Positions 53,222 through 64,000 of a DNA stretch of 64,000 bases are shown here, piece after piece (position 1 is the first letter of the stretch; every line of letters begins with the position of its first letter). The translations under genes were made by a program, and so were the position numbers. The DNA lies in NCBI GenBank assembly GCA_040954595.2, contig CM082580.2, positions 300,783 to 364,782 of the forward strand, written 5' to 3'. The notes beneath the pieces were generated by a model that saw only the letters and a list, made by a program, of their open reading frames with translations, was not told where the DNA came from and ran no database searches. This DNA is from Balanoglossus misakiensis. Its lineage: Eukaryota; Animalia; Hemichordata.

Positions 53222-53531
53222 CTGCAAGTAAAAAAAATAAAACACTATGTGGATGCAGACTTGATTGTGGTATATATATTGGGTATCTGTATTCTGTCAC
53301 AACTTTAACATTTTCACCCCAAGTTCCCACTATAAAAGTCCAGATACCATTGACTCCTTTTTTTCAATTATCGACTAAATTCATGACTCTGTATTTCAAA
53401 AACAAGCGTGGTGACCCCTATATTTTATCACAAATTTTCATTATACATACATAGGATAATCCAAAAATTAACAATTAAAAGAAATGACCATATTTTCAAT
53501 TTTACTGAATGTACATCCTTAAATGACTTAC

Positions 53532-53714
53532 GTTGACAGTATCCTGGATCTCCAATCCATGATCCATCTTCACCACATGTAGAGACAGTGTAGCCAGTCA
53601 GACTGTAGCCAGATGGACATGAGTAGGCAATGGTTGTTCCAAAAATCAATGAATCACCATTAACAATTTCATATGATAAGTAGTTGTCTACATTCGGTGG
53701 TGGACACTCGCGAG
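53532..53714 (-). CDS. Sushi/CCP exon (183 nt)
   Basis: RECPPPNVDNYLSYEIVNGDSLIFGTTIAYSCPSGYSLTGYTVSTCGEDGSWIGDPGYCQ|gtaagt. Confidence 0.85.
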
Positions 53715-54015
53715 CTGTTTGGATAAGATGAACAGATAACATTACAAGTGTGTTAATACTAGGAAAATGGTTTAAAGGGACATGTAGCAGTAACCCTCAC
53801 AATCCTGCATATTTTCAAGTTACCAGTGTCTGGTTTAACATTCAGTGTGTAATGTCCCAATTAGACACCCATGTGGAATGTAGCAACCAGCACAAAGTGC
53901 CCCATCATAACGCTATGGAGAGAATTTCAACTTGAGTCAGTGATTTTTATGAAAACATGACAGTGAACACCCTGTGTTATACTTTGTTTTCAAAACGACT
54001 CATCACACACTTTAA

Positions 54016-54315
54016 AGCCTCTAGAGCTGCCAAATTTCACAATTTTTTTCTTTTCCACAGTAAAACCTTTCAAATCTATGGTGATGCATACCACGATAGC
54101 TAGCTGCATACTGTTTGTATGGAGGCTGATTTTAATAAAATGGGTACGGCACCTGTTTAATACATTGCACGTTTAAATTGCAACATACAGCCACAATCAG
54201 GCATTGATGACATGTTCTTGTATCCCTATCAGTAAGCTCAATTATTTCAATGTACCAATCTACGTCGGAAAATAAAATCTGAAAATAAATGCAAAAAGTG
54301 GCAGCTCTAGTGGCT
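54016..54315. mobile_element. 300-bp Kolobok-type MITE
   Basis: ttaa|agcctctagagctgcca...tggcagctctagtggct|ttaa. Confidence 0.75.
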
Positions 54316-54418
54316 TTAAAGCACTGAAAGGTTCAGAGGACTAACATTTTTCTGAAAATCCGTCTCCTAAGTGTGCACTATAATGGCAGTTTAATTGTTT
54401 TCAAAAATATCAACTTAC

Positions 54419-54598
54419 GCTCGCATTGGGGCACAAGTGGACCCCAGACACCATCTGCTTGGCATTCCAATGAAGACACATTATTTATAAACTGATAGCC
54501 CTCAATGCATTGATAATAAGCAATGCCACCATACACTGTACTGGTAACATTGGTAAGAATTCCATTGCTGCACTCAGGGGGTCCACCACATGTTATTC
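54419..54598 (-). CDS. Sushi/CCP exon (180 nt, phase 1-1)
   Basis: tag|ITCGGPPECSNGILTNVTSTVYGGIAYYQCIEGYQFINNVSSLECQADGVWGPLVPQCE|gtaagt. Not in the ORF track. Confidence 0.85.
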
Positions 54599-54842
54599 CT
54601 AAAAAATAAACAACAAATTAGTGTCATTCAAGTTGTTGCTAACAATAGATTCAAGAGACAAATTAAGTCTCTCTCATCACTGCACTTTTTTCATTAATTA
54701 TCTTGGATACAAGACACCAGGCTAGGCATATTTGCATAGCTGGTACGACTTATACACGGCGAAAATGTTTTTTTTTCCTGAAAGAGTGACCTCAAAGCTA
54801 CAAAATTATGTAGATATCAGCTAGACCGGACATCCCCTTTAA

Positions 54843-54943
54843 CTACTGGATAACCGTCCGAGCATTGGAATGAGACAGAGACATCATACCTTCTATCTCT
54901 GTACTGGTCACCACGCCCTCACTAATCACAATTTCGGGACAGT
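54843..54943 (-). pseudogene. Disrupted Sushi/CCP exon (frameshift, then truncated by a TTAA MITE)
   Basis: cag|DCPEIVISEGVVTSTE, frameshift near 54895, then RRYDVSVSFQCSDGYPVV. It runs into ttaa|aggggatgtccgg at 54842-54839. Confidence 0.7.
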
Positions 54944-55018
54944 CTGTCAGAACAAGGATCACAATGATAAGAATGCATGCAGACAAATACTTAAACTCAT
55001 AAATGTCAGTTGTTTTAA

Positions 55019-55243
55019 AGTGAAGGGGTCGTCGCAATGCGTTTGTTTATAAACATTACAATTCATCCACAAATCCCTCAAATAAGATAATTCTTAGAAT
55101 GAACGAAGCAGCTGACAGTATCCTAGACTGTCCATGACAGCAACTGAAGATCCTAGTAGGTCGTGGCTGTCTAATTTCAGGGATTTGTGGATGAATTGCA
55201 ATGTTTATAAACAAACAAACGCAGTGCGACGACCCCATCACTT
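55019..55243. mobile_element. Palindromic MITE (TTAA at left flank)
   Basis: agtgaaggggtcgtcgcaatgcgtttgtttataaacat...atgtttataaacaaacaaacgcagtgcgacgaccccatcact. A half copy abuts the satellite end at ~50875. Confidence 0.65.
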
Positions 55244-55679
55244 TATTGAGTGTGATACAAGAGTGTTGCCATTCCAGTCAATGGTCCAAAATTGCATTGC
55301 AATTGTAAGAAATTACTGTCTCTGTTTTTCCAGCTCTTTGAAGTTTCGTAAAAATTCAAAAACATTTGCACCTTTCAATTAATGACTCTAAATCACAAGG
55401 AATAAAGGGAGAGTGTGTTTCTAAGAATTCTGTAACAACTTTTTCTGAAATGTTAGTAAGTTACTGTAAAACACTTTATTTTCGCGAGCAAGAGATTTTC
55501 GCGAAATACGCGAGAGCCAAAATAGCGTGAAAATAAAAAGTTGCGTAATTTTTTTGAAGATAAAGATGCAATGAATGAAATAAGAGAACGCGAAAATTAA
55601 TACTGGCGAAACAGTGGCCTCTCTCGATGTCGCGAAAAATTTCAACTCGTGAAAATAAAGTGTTTTACAGTATGTGTAC

Positions 55680-55863
55680 CTGGTGAAAATGAAGCCCTGA
55701 ATCCTTTAGCTGGTCGTGTTCTACTACTCCTGAACACAACCGAAAAGTGTCCAATGTCTGTACGGCAATCGGGTGGTGGCACTGTGCCATCAATGACTCC
55801 ATCAGAATTGCCACTCCATGGACCAATAATGACATCATCATCACTCTCAGTACCATTGTATAC
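55680..55863 (-). CDS. CUB C-terminal half exon
   Basis: aag|VYNGTESDDDVIIGPWSGNSDGVIDGTVPPPDCRTDIGHFSVVFRSSRTRPAKGFRASFSP|gtac. Confidence 0.8.
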
Positions 55864-56483
55864 CTTCAGAAACAAAGACAAATTAAGCATGCATTGTAAA
55901 TACCGTAAAACGGGAAATCTTCACAACAGGAAATTTTCGCGATATCAAAGGTGGCTACTGTTACGCGACAATTAATTTTCACATTGGCATATTTTACTGC
56001 ATTGTTATCTCTGAAGCATTTTAAGCGACTTTTTATTTTCATATTTTTTGGCTCTCACATAGTTTACGAAAATTTATCGTTCACGAAAATTTTATAGTAT
56101 TCAATCCTTGTTGCATTTCCTGCTGTAACAGCTACTCAACATACTGTAAAATGGGAAATGTTCGCAAACAATAAATTTTCGCGATCTACGTGAGAGCCAT
56201 CAAAACATGAAAATAAAAAGTTGCGTAAAAATGTTTTTCGGGGATAATGATGCAGTGAAATACAAGAACGTGAAAAGTTATTGTTGCATAACACTTGCCT
56301 CTTTTGATAACGCGAAAATTTCATGTTGCAAAAGTATCCCGTTTTACAGTATATATGTGATTAATTAAATTTCCAAATTGTGTTCCAAAGTTGTATAGTT
56401 TGAAGTAATGTCTGCCAAAATTGTCAAACTAAAATCACTGCAAAATAATATGACAAATTTTTTAATATGACAAATATTTTTAA

Positions 56484-58474
56484 AGAGCCTATCTTACCTC
56501 GAAACACACTTTTGAGGATAAATAATAATTGGGCTTGTGTGTTAAATGCTGGTGTCCTTTTACTTATTTCATGTGGATAAATAAATGTTAAATTTAAAAA
56601 TGTTCAGGGCCTGAGGAAAAAGTTCTGTTTTGGCCACGCCCATTTCCGTGACGTCACAAGAGGAACCATTTACGTTTGCAACAGACTTAGCACTGTACAT
56701 TGCAGTGGTTGAATTGCAACCATACATGCCTGTGATCTAAACGGCTTTGCTGTGTCTGCCTGGGTACAACTCTGTATCCCCCGTACCCTTCAAAATAAAC
56801 GTACATATGTCTACCTTATCATCTAGGGGAGATGCGATTATGAAAAAAAAAACTCGGCCCGGTTAGGCTACGGCTTCGCATTGCAAGCAGTACACAACAT
56901 GCAATGGCAGCGGATGTGTATAGGCACCTTAAGCTTACACATACAATGATTGCTGCCTCGATTAAACCGTCGAATATTGCCCAGAGGTTTAGGTCTAGAG
57001 TGTTGGGACTAAATCTACTTATCTTGGACAATGTCAACTTATTGATAACTGATCGTGGTCTTTTTGGCGATTTTCAATGACTGCCTTAACAGACAAAATA
57101 CGCGTGTGTTATTGTACAAGGTCAAGGGGACTCCATCAGCGCCGATCGGCAGCGATGACACATATCGCGCCGCGATGTATATTTACTACCAGCACTAAAA
57201 TTCTGTCTTTTGAATTACATGTAAGCTATGCCTTTTTGGTGATGACAAACAGAAACATTTATGACTTGTCGCTGTAATCATGGAAGTACCTTGACATGCT
57301 TCATACTGCATTATAACAAAATGAAACCATACAACCAACAGCAACAGGCGATCATGCCAGGCCGACCCACTCACGCTCACAAAGCATGAAACATTTTCAT
57401 TGATACACACGAATATCTAAGTTTGGAAACAGTTTTCACTCACACGAGGCAAAATTTATTCAACATATTTTGTTTCAAAATTTGTACAGTGTGTTTTGGA
57501 GCCGATGAGTCGGACATAGCGCGACGTAAAACTTGTAAACAAAGAAATTAGAAAAGAAAGATGGCGACCATTCAGCCGAAGCCATACAAAGGTACGACTG
57601 AAAAAAAACGTGAAATAGTAACGGTAATATTTTGAACGTTCAAGTTTTTACATCGATTGCTGTCAACCTTAATTATCGTAGTTTGCGGTCACTGGGTACC
57701 GGTTAGCCAGACGGAAGCGTGAATAATAATAAACAATCTCAACATGATGTCGGCCAACGCAAAATTGTGTTTACGCATCCTGCCAGTTCACCTACTACAT
57801 GTACTACAGTACTGTGTAAATCGCGGTCGCTGGAACATTGTATGAACACCAATACCGGGTATAAACGATCTGTTGGTCGACCTCTCCTGCTGACAGGCTT
57901 CTATTTTCCTGTATGGGTGGGGATTGTCTTCTCGTGATTCGAACCTGGCCGATTATCGTTCAACCATGGTTCAACGGTCATGCATTGACAGTTACGGCAT
58001 GCGCAAAGAACACAAGCGGATACTATTCTACGGCGGATAAAATAATTCATGAGACCGGCTTCATATCCACCGTACGATGTTGATGATCGTGGCATAGACT
58101 TTCATTCGTTTTTGTGGAACTCACACGGGTGACTCCCGTCTAGGTAATGTGTTGCTGCAACCACGGCAAACAACTCCTTTCCCCATTGTGGTATTACACA
58201 GAAAAGCACGAAAACACCGTATGACACCTGTGAGCATCGCTAAAGCTGGTCTACCTGACCGGTTCCTCTTGTGACGTCACGTCACGTGACCAAAATGCAG
58301 CAAATCTGAACTCGGACTTTTCAGGACGGGGTGGATTTTGAAGCATTTTATGAGAACAAAACAAATATTATAGAAATCGATACCCGAAAAATATTGTCAC
58401 TTTTGGAAAATAGTATATTTCTTTTGAACATTTTTTAACCTTCTGATAAGATTTAAAAAGGCAAGATATGCTCT
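56484..58474. mobile_element. ~2-kb Kolobok-type element with internal inverted repeats, intronic
   Basis: ttaa|agagcctatcttacct...aggcaagatatgctct|ttaa. Subterminal inverted pair cgtgacgtcacaagaggaacc (~56648) / ggttcctcttgtgacgtcacg (58261). CpG-rich interior with no intact ORF. Confidence 0.8.
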
Positions 58475-58511
58475 TTAACATGGCTGACTCATGATCATAT
58501 CTGATACTCAC

Positions 58512-58696
58512 AATGATGTAATCAACATCTGTGTTCCTCTCTAATCCAAAGTTCTCATCAAAGATAAGAGTTAATGGTCTTCCAGTTGGTTCCTTGATTA
58601 ACCAGCTACACATAACATCATCAGGGTAAGTGCTAACATCATACCCTGGTGACTGAATCGTGCCAAAACTACGCAGAATTTCAATTCCCTGGCAAC
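58512..58696 (-). CDS. CUB N-terminal half exon
   Basis: aag|GCQGIEILRSFGTIQSPGYDVSTYPDDVMCSWLIKEPTGRPLTLIFDENFGLERNTDVDYII|gtgagt. Confidence 0.85.
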
Positions 58697-58705
58697 CTTT
58701 AAAGA

Positions 58706-59454
58706 AACAAGTGACCTATCGGTCAAAAGAGCTCTGCTGACTTTAACAGTGAAACCTATAGCTGGGCAATGATATGAATACCCTAGGTTTTAATCATAAC
58801 AATTGTATTCTATTAAACAAAACCAAACATAGACATCACAAGTATTTAATATCCACATTCAGCCTGATTCATTGTGCTAAAGAAAGAAAGAATTTATTCC
58901 TAAAGAACAACATCAAAAGGAAGTACCAAGGTACTAATTTGCATATTCATGACCCGATCAAAATTCCAATAAAACAAAATCAGGTAGGGGCACCATAACA
59001 CACATTCTACCAAATTTCAGCTCCATCGTACATGTAGTTAGGGAGAAGAAGATTTTTTACCAAAAATTATATTTTTAGATCTAATTTGCATATTCATGAC
59101 CCGATCATATCCAAATTTATGAAATCAGGTAGGGGCACCATAACACACATTCCTGCCAAATTTCAGCTCCATCGTACATGTAGTTAGGGAGAAGAAAATG
59201 TTTGACCAACATTCTATTTTTAGATCTAATTTGCATATTTATGACCCCATCAAATCCAAATTTACAAAATCAGGTAGGGGCACCATAACACACATTCCTA
59301 CCAAATTATAGCTAAATATGCAATGTCGTTTTAACGAAGAAGATTGAAATACCGAAAGTTGACGGACGACGGACAACTGACGCCGGACGACAGACGGACA
59401 CTTATCAACCTACTGCTACAGCTTGGCTGACACAAGTGACAGCCAAGCTAAAAA
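58706..59454 (-). mobile_element. Helentron/DINE-1-like element with ~121-bp internal tandem repeats
   Basis: Begins aaacaag.... Three copies of ctaatttgcatatt.atgacc...aatcaggtaggggcaccataacacacatt, a (GACG/GGAC)n tract, and a terminal hairpin agcttggctg...cagccaagctaaaaa. Confidence 0.7.
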
Positions 59455-59831
59455 TACCAAACAAGGAATAATGAATTCAATCCACAGGTTTGGTGTAATC
59501 CTGGCTGCCTTTTATTTTGTGCTAGGGGATCAAATCACATAATAATTGCCTTCTGGATAAAAAGTCGTACGCGACAGAAGAAATGACTGTTAACTGTATA
59601 TGACTTCCTTAGGTCAAACCTTTCTGTCGTTATACATGTAGTTATCAAATTAAACTCATTTAACTTTTTTCACATTTTGTTATTTTTTCTGTTAAAAAGT
59701 TTCATAATGACCCAGTATCAGATTAGCTTATATTATAAACTTCCAGAAAGAATGGCAAAAGAAGATAGATCTGTGATCCTTACAATTCTTACTGGGTTGA
59801 AATTCTTTGGGAATGATTTTAAGTGATTTAA

Positions 59832-60180
59832 AGGGACAAAGTTTCTCTCACTCGCTGCCCTTTTTCCATTAACTATGTTTGATACAAGACACTGTTTATG
59901 TTATTCTACATGTGGATATATAGTGAATCAACATTCAACCACGCACAACTTCCATCCCGTTTGTAGGATATGAGAGTAAAAATATTGCCAAAATGAATAA
60001 ACGGTAGAGACCAATTATTCATTTTGGCGAGTTTTTTCACTCTTGTGTCTACAAGTGGGATGGAAGTTGTTTGTGGTCAAACGTTGTTTTAATATATATC
60101 CACATGTAGAATAACATAAACGCTGTATTGTATCATCATAATTCCTGGAAAAAGGGTAGCGAGAGAGAGTGTTTGTCCCT
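59832..60180. mobile_element. Kolobok-type MITE (15908 family)
   Basis: ttaa|agggacaaagtttctctc...gagagtgtttgtccct|ttaa. Confidence 0.75.
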
Positions 60181-60265
60181 TTAAAACATTGTTCTCTTGC
60201 ATCATGAATCCTTGATTGCCTCTTCATTCAAACAACGTCTTGATCAATTTGAATGCGTTACCTAC

Positions 60266-60467
60266 CTGCCCAGTAATGTACATGAAAACCTCTCATTGTA
60301 ACTGCATCATCACTCTTAATGTCAACTCTCATCATACTTTTGGAAGATATGATGACATTAGGTAACTCCATCCCAGAAAATAAAGCAAGTCTGAGGGCAG
60401 GATTCAGTTCAGCGCCATCGTATACAGACACTTGATCAGCCCCATCTTCTGTTGCAAAGGAGATAAA
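60266..60467 (-). pseudogene. CUB C-terminal half exon (202 nt) with acceptor ccg instead of cag
   Basis: FISFATEDGADQVSVYDGAELNPALRLALFSGMELPNVIISSKSMMRVDIKSDDAVTMRGFHVHYWAG|gtagg. Same length and start position as the paralogous exon 61874-61673. Confidence 0.75.
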
Positions 60468-60582
60468 CGGAAAAGATATAAAAAATAGCATCAAAGACAC
60501 TTTGCTCCCATTTGATATGTACATTTAAATGTGACATACCGTACAATCATAGTGATCACAATTTCCTACACAAAACCATTAA

Positions 60583-60858
60583 GGGGCAAAGTCTCTCTCT
60601 CTCTCGCTGCCCCTTTTCCATTAATTATCGTTTGATTATCGTTTATGTTATTCTAGATGTGGATATATAGTGAATCAACATTCCATCCCGCTTCATTTTG
60701 GGCGAGATTTTTACTCTCATATCCTAAAAATGGGATGGAAGGTGTGTGTGGTCGAATGTTGATTCACTATATATCCTCATGTAGAATAACATAAACGGTG
60801 TCTTGTATCAAACATAATTAATGGGAAAAGGGCAGCGAGAGAGAGAGACTTCGTCCCT
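60583..60858. mobile_element. Kolobok-type MITE (15908 family, internally deleted)
   Basis: ttaa|ggggcaaagtctctctct...agagagacttcgtccc. Confidence 0.7.
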
Positions 60859-61227
60859 ATAAGGACACCTTTAGCATTGATGAGGTAATATAAGAATACA
60901 TCTGATAAAGAATATTTTCACATCCCAATAAACCAAAATCCAAAACAACTGGAAGAGCCGTTTCTGACATAAGTGGACTTTTGGACCAAAAATGTCTAAA
61001 ACTACCCACCCCCCTCCTCCCCAGTATTGATATTTGTCACATGTTTATGTACACCATAATAACAAATATTGAAGGTCCTTGTAAACCAAATTTTAAGAAA
61101 TCGGAAAAGTGACTACTGAGAATTGACCAGAAATGACAAAAATAAAATGTATTTTTAAAAATATAATTACTAATTTTTGTCATGCTGTAAAACAACTCAC
61201 ACGATTAATTGCATCTGAATCCACTAC

Positions 61228-61379
61228 CTGTAAAGTGACAACAAATTCTGTTGTGAATGATGCCAGCTGTCAGTTACAATCTTCATTGTTGAGATAATTC
61301 TTGCCTTCAAAATATTCTGTACTGCTGAGATTCTGTTTATATGACTGTGCTATGAAATTCCCACCACACAAAGAATACA
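61228..61379 (-). pseudogene. CUB N-terminal half exon with in-frame TGA at the conserved Trp
   Basis: cag|VYSLCGGNFIAQSYKQNLSSTEYFEGKNYLNNEDCN*QLASFTTEFVVTLQ|gtagt. TGA at 61272-61270. Not in the ORF track. Confidence 0.8.
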
Positions 61380-61672
61380 CTGAAAGAAAGAAGAAGTCAT
61401 CTTAACAGAAACACTTCACAAACAGGACATCAGCAAGATCACAGTCGAGGTAGGGCAAATATTGCCTACATGTGCAATCTATAATGTTATACCAGGTTCA
61501 CGTAGGGTAAAATTCGAAACGTTTCAGAGACACTATTTGCCTAAGGTAAACACAGAGCATTAATGCTTTTAGTTGCCTTGTGTCCACACATGCAAAGTTT
61601 ATGTGTAGTTCGCGAAAATTTATCGTTTGCGAAAATTTCCAGTTTTACATTATGTATAAAACTTGGTATTAC

Positions 61673-61874
61673 CTGCTTGCCAAGATGCTTCAAAGCCAGT
61701 AGCAGTATGCGAACTATCTGAGAGAAATTTCACCAACATTGCATTACCACTGCTAATAACTTCATCAGGCTGGTCCGGTCCACTGTATGTGGCAAGAACT
61801 TTGGATGGGTCAAACACAGACACCTCGACAATGACAACAGTATCATGATAAAGTTCAGTGTCAAAATGTAGAAA
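61673..61874 (-). CDS. CUB domain C-terminal half exon (202 nt, phase 0-1)
   Basis: cag|FLHFDTELYHDTVVIVEVSVFDPSKVLATYSGPDQPDEVISSGNAMLVKFLSDSSHTATGFEASWQAG|gtaat. Confidence 0.85.
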
Positions 61875-62075
61875 CTGAAAAGAATAAAAAAATGTCACAA
61901 CACACATCATAAATAGTGAGCTGTCTCAAGCCAATATACATGAAAATAAACACAGTTTCATGACTTAAGCCCCATTAGCTGTAACTTTTTGCATTTTTCA
62001 GTATTTCTATTCTGTGTATCAATTATAGTTTCTTGTTCAGCTACGCAGGGCAGAGTTAAATCCATAGTCTTAACA

Positions 62076-62960
62076 GTCGAAAATTTGTCATTTTTTGATG
62101 ATTTTCACCAATGTTGTTTTTAAAAAATCGACGAACCCATGATTTTTTTCAAAATCGACGAAATTTTGAGATTTTGCAAAGTCGAAAATTTGTCATTTTT
62201 TGATGATTTTCACCCATGATTTTTTTCAAAAATCGACGAAATTTTGAGATTTTGCAAAGTCGAAAATTTGTCATTTTTTGATGATTTTCCCCAATGATTT
62301 TTTTCAAAAATCGACGAAATTTTGAGATTTTGCAAAGTCAAAAATTTGTCATTTTTTGATGATTTTCACCCATGTTTTTTTTAAAAAAATCGACGAACCT
62401 ATGATTTTTTTCAAAATCGACGAAATTGTGTGATTTTGCAAACTCGAAAATTTTGTCATTTTTTGATGATTTTCAACCATGATTTTTTTTCAAAAATCGA
62501 CGAAATTTTGAGATTTTGCAAAGTCGAAAGTTTTGTCATTTTTTGATGATTTTCACCCATGATTTTTTCAAAAATTGATGAAATTTTGAGATTTTGCAAA
62601 GTCGAAAATTTGTCATTTTTTGATGATTTTCACCCATGTTTTTTTAAAAAAAATCGACGAACCTATGATTTTTTTCAAAATCGACGAAATTTTGTGATTT
62701 TGCAAACTCGAAAATTTTGTCATTTTTTGATGATTTTCACCTATGATTTTTTTTCAAAAATCGACGAAATTTTGAGATTTTGCAAAGTCGAAAATTTGTC
62801 ATTTTTTGATGATTTTCACCCATGATTTTTTTCAAAAATCGACGAAATGTTGAGATTTTGCAGTCGAAAATTTGTCATTTTTTGATGATTTTTACCCATG
62901 ATTTTTTTTCAAAAATGGACGAAATTTTGAGATTTTGCAGTCAAAAATTTGTCATTTTTT
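62076..62960. repeat. AT-rich ~78-bp tandem repeat (~10 copies, some ~107-bp variants)
   Basis: Unit gtcgaaaatttgtcattttttgatgattttcacccatgattttttcaaaaatcgacgaaattttgagattttgcaaa. Confidence 0.9.
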
Positions 62961-63360
62961 AGGTCCCATTGGTATAGGCCTATATACCATGGGACCTTAT
63001 GGGATGGGTTGCGTCTGTATGTATGTATGGATGGATGTATGGATGTATGGATGTATGGATGTATGTCTGTATGTCCGTCCACATCAAAAACTTGAAAACC
63101 GCTGCGCGTATCACCTCAATATTTGGTGTGTAGGTGCAGGCTGGGCTGTAGATTGGAGTTTGTCCAAACGAAGTTGCCAGGCCCAAAAATATGCAAATTA
63201 GCTGGTAAAATGTGGAATTGATCAAAACTCTGTAAGTCAACAATTACTGGTCAGATTGCTTTGAAAATTGGTATGCATGTACCATATGTCAACCTCACAC
63301 CGACCTTTTAGTGTTAAGTTGATATCATGGATGTTTTATTTTTAAAGATTTTTTAGTCTT
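62961..63360 (+). mobile_element. Helentron/DINE-1-like element
   Basis: aggtcccattggtataggcctatataccatgggaccttat, a (GGATGTAT)n tract, and the same core as the 25811/27835 copies. Confidence 0.65.
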
Positions 63361-63489
63361 TTTATTAAATTTATACCTTTACTTATACCTCTATGGTTAA
63401 GCTATGTCCACGTCTTATTGTGGGATTCTGGTCTGTGCAATAGTCCTGTACAGTGATTGTCTATTGGTCAGTGAGCACAATGGGGCCAA

Positions 63490-64000
63490 AATAAAAGGGA
63501 AATTTTTGGGCTCACCTGTAACACCTGCTTAACACATTAATTATGTGCATACCTAATTCCGGGCTAACTAATAGGGCTAGAGGTTTTGTTCTGGTGGGAC
63601 ATGGACCAGTATAGGGTCAAAATTTCTTGCCCAAATTTTGGGTGACCTCAGGTGACCTTTGACCTACTTTCCTATATCTCGGCATCCAGAGCAGGTACAG
63701 AGTTGGCGTTTGGAGGGTTGGGACTGAAATTGAAAAGCCGAAATTGGGGGTCACCAGTGACACCTGCATATCTCATTAATTATGTGCATACCTAATTCCA
63801 GGCTAACCAATAAGGCTATAGGTTCGGTTTTTGTTGAACATGGACCAGTATAGGGTCAAAATTTCTTGCCCAAATTTTGCATGACCTCAGGTGACCTTTG
63901 ACCTACATTACCAAATCTTGACATCCAGAGCAGGCACAGACTTGGCGTTTGGAGGGTTGGGACTAAAATTGAAAAGCCGCAATTGGGGGTCACCTGTGAC
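63490..64000. repeat. ~239-bp tandem repeat (>=2 copies, continues past the window)
   Basis: atggaccagtatagggtcaaaatttcttgcccaaatttt at 63601 and 63840. Confidence 0.8.

Larger units (their letters stand above)
51725..61874 (-). pseudogene. uif: Uninflatable (Uif/SP1070)-like CUB x3 - Sushi x4 - cbEGF x2 gene, 11 exons in window, several disabling lesions; 5' part lies beyond the window
   Basis: Exons with consistent intron phases: 61874-61673, 61379-61228, 60467-60266, 58696-58512, 55863-55680, 54943-~54843, 54598-54419, 53714-53532, 53221-53039, 52560-52432, 51910-51725. The last EGF has the insert GYLLYANNGTGGFYLPPGETGLSMYDVYTFNQSCV, which I recall as characteristic of Uif-family proteins. 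Family assignment needs BLAST confirmation. Confidence 0.75.

Noticed and set aside
61270-61272. TGA as selenocysteine or recoded Trp
   Set aside because: The position is a conserved Trp, other Trp codons in the gene are TGG, and independent lesions exist. A TGG>TGA nonsense change is simpler.

Overview
Eukaryotic, AT-rich genomic DNA with spliceosomal GT-AG introns and dense TE content. A marine invertebrate, possibly a deuterostome, is inferred from gene and TE style; this is not proven. No rRNA, tRNA or CRISPR array is visible. Main contents: (1) a frameshifted, intron-containing hAT/ZNF862-type transposase fragment (354-1446, -); (2) a candidate terminal exon (3784-4272, +); (3) a 1425-bp tandem duplication with no differences seen; (4) a ~4-kb foldback element (8421-12380); (5) five paralogous + strand micro-exons (14.4-23.4 kb) with no convincing protein product, whose spliced RNA would fold into junction-spanning hairpins, the most unusual item here, partly within a segmental duplication; (6) many MITEs (TTAA/Kolobok-type, TTA/Harbinger-type, TA-type, 7-bp-TSD P/Galileo-type), Helentron/DINE-1-like elements and a LINE 3' end; (7) a 50-bp minisatellite; (8) a ~14.8-kb 90/74-bp satellite with higher-order structure, which explains all the giant ORFs; (9) an 11-exon stretch of an uninflatable-like CUB-Sushi-EGF gene (51725-61874, -) with a premature TGA, a dead splice acceptor, a frameshift and a MITE in an exon, so probably a pseudogene.
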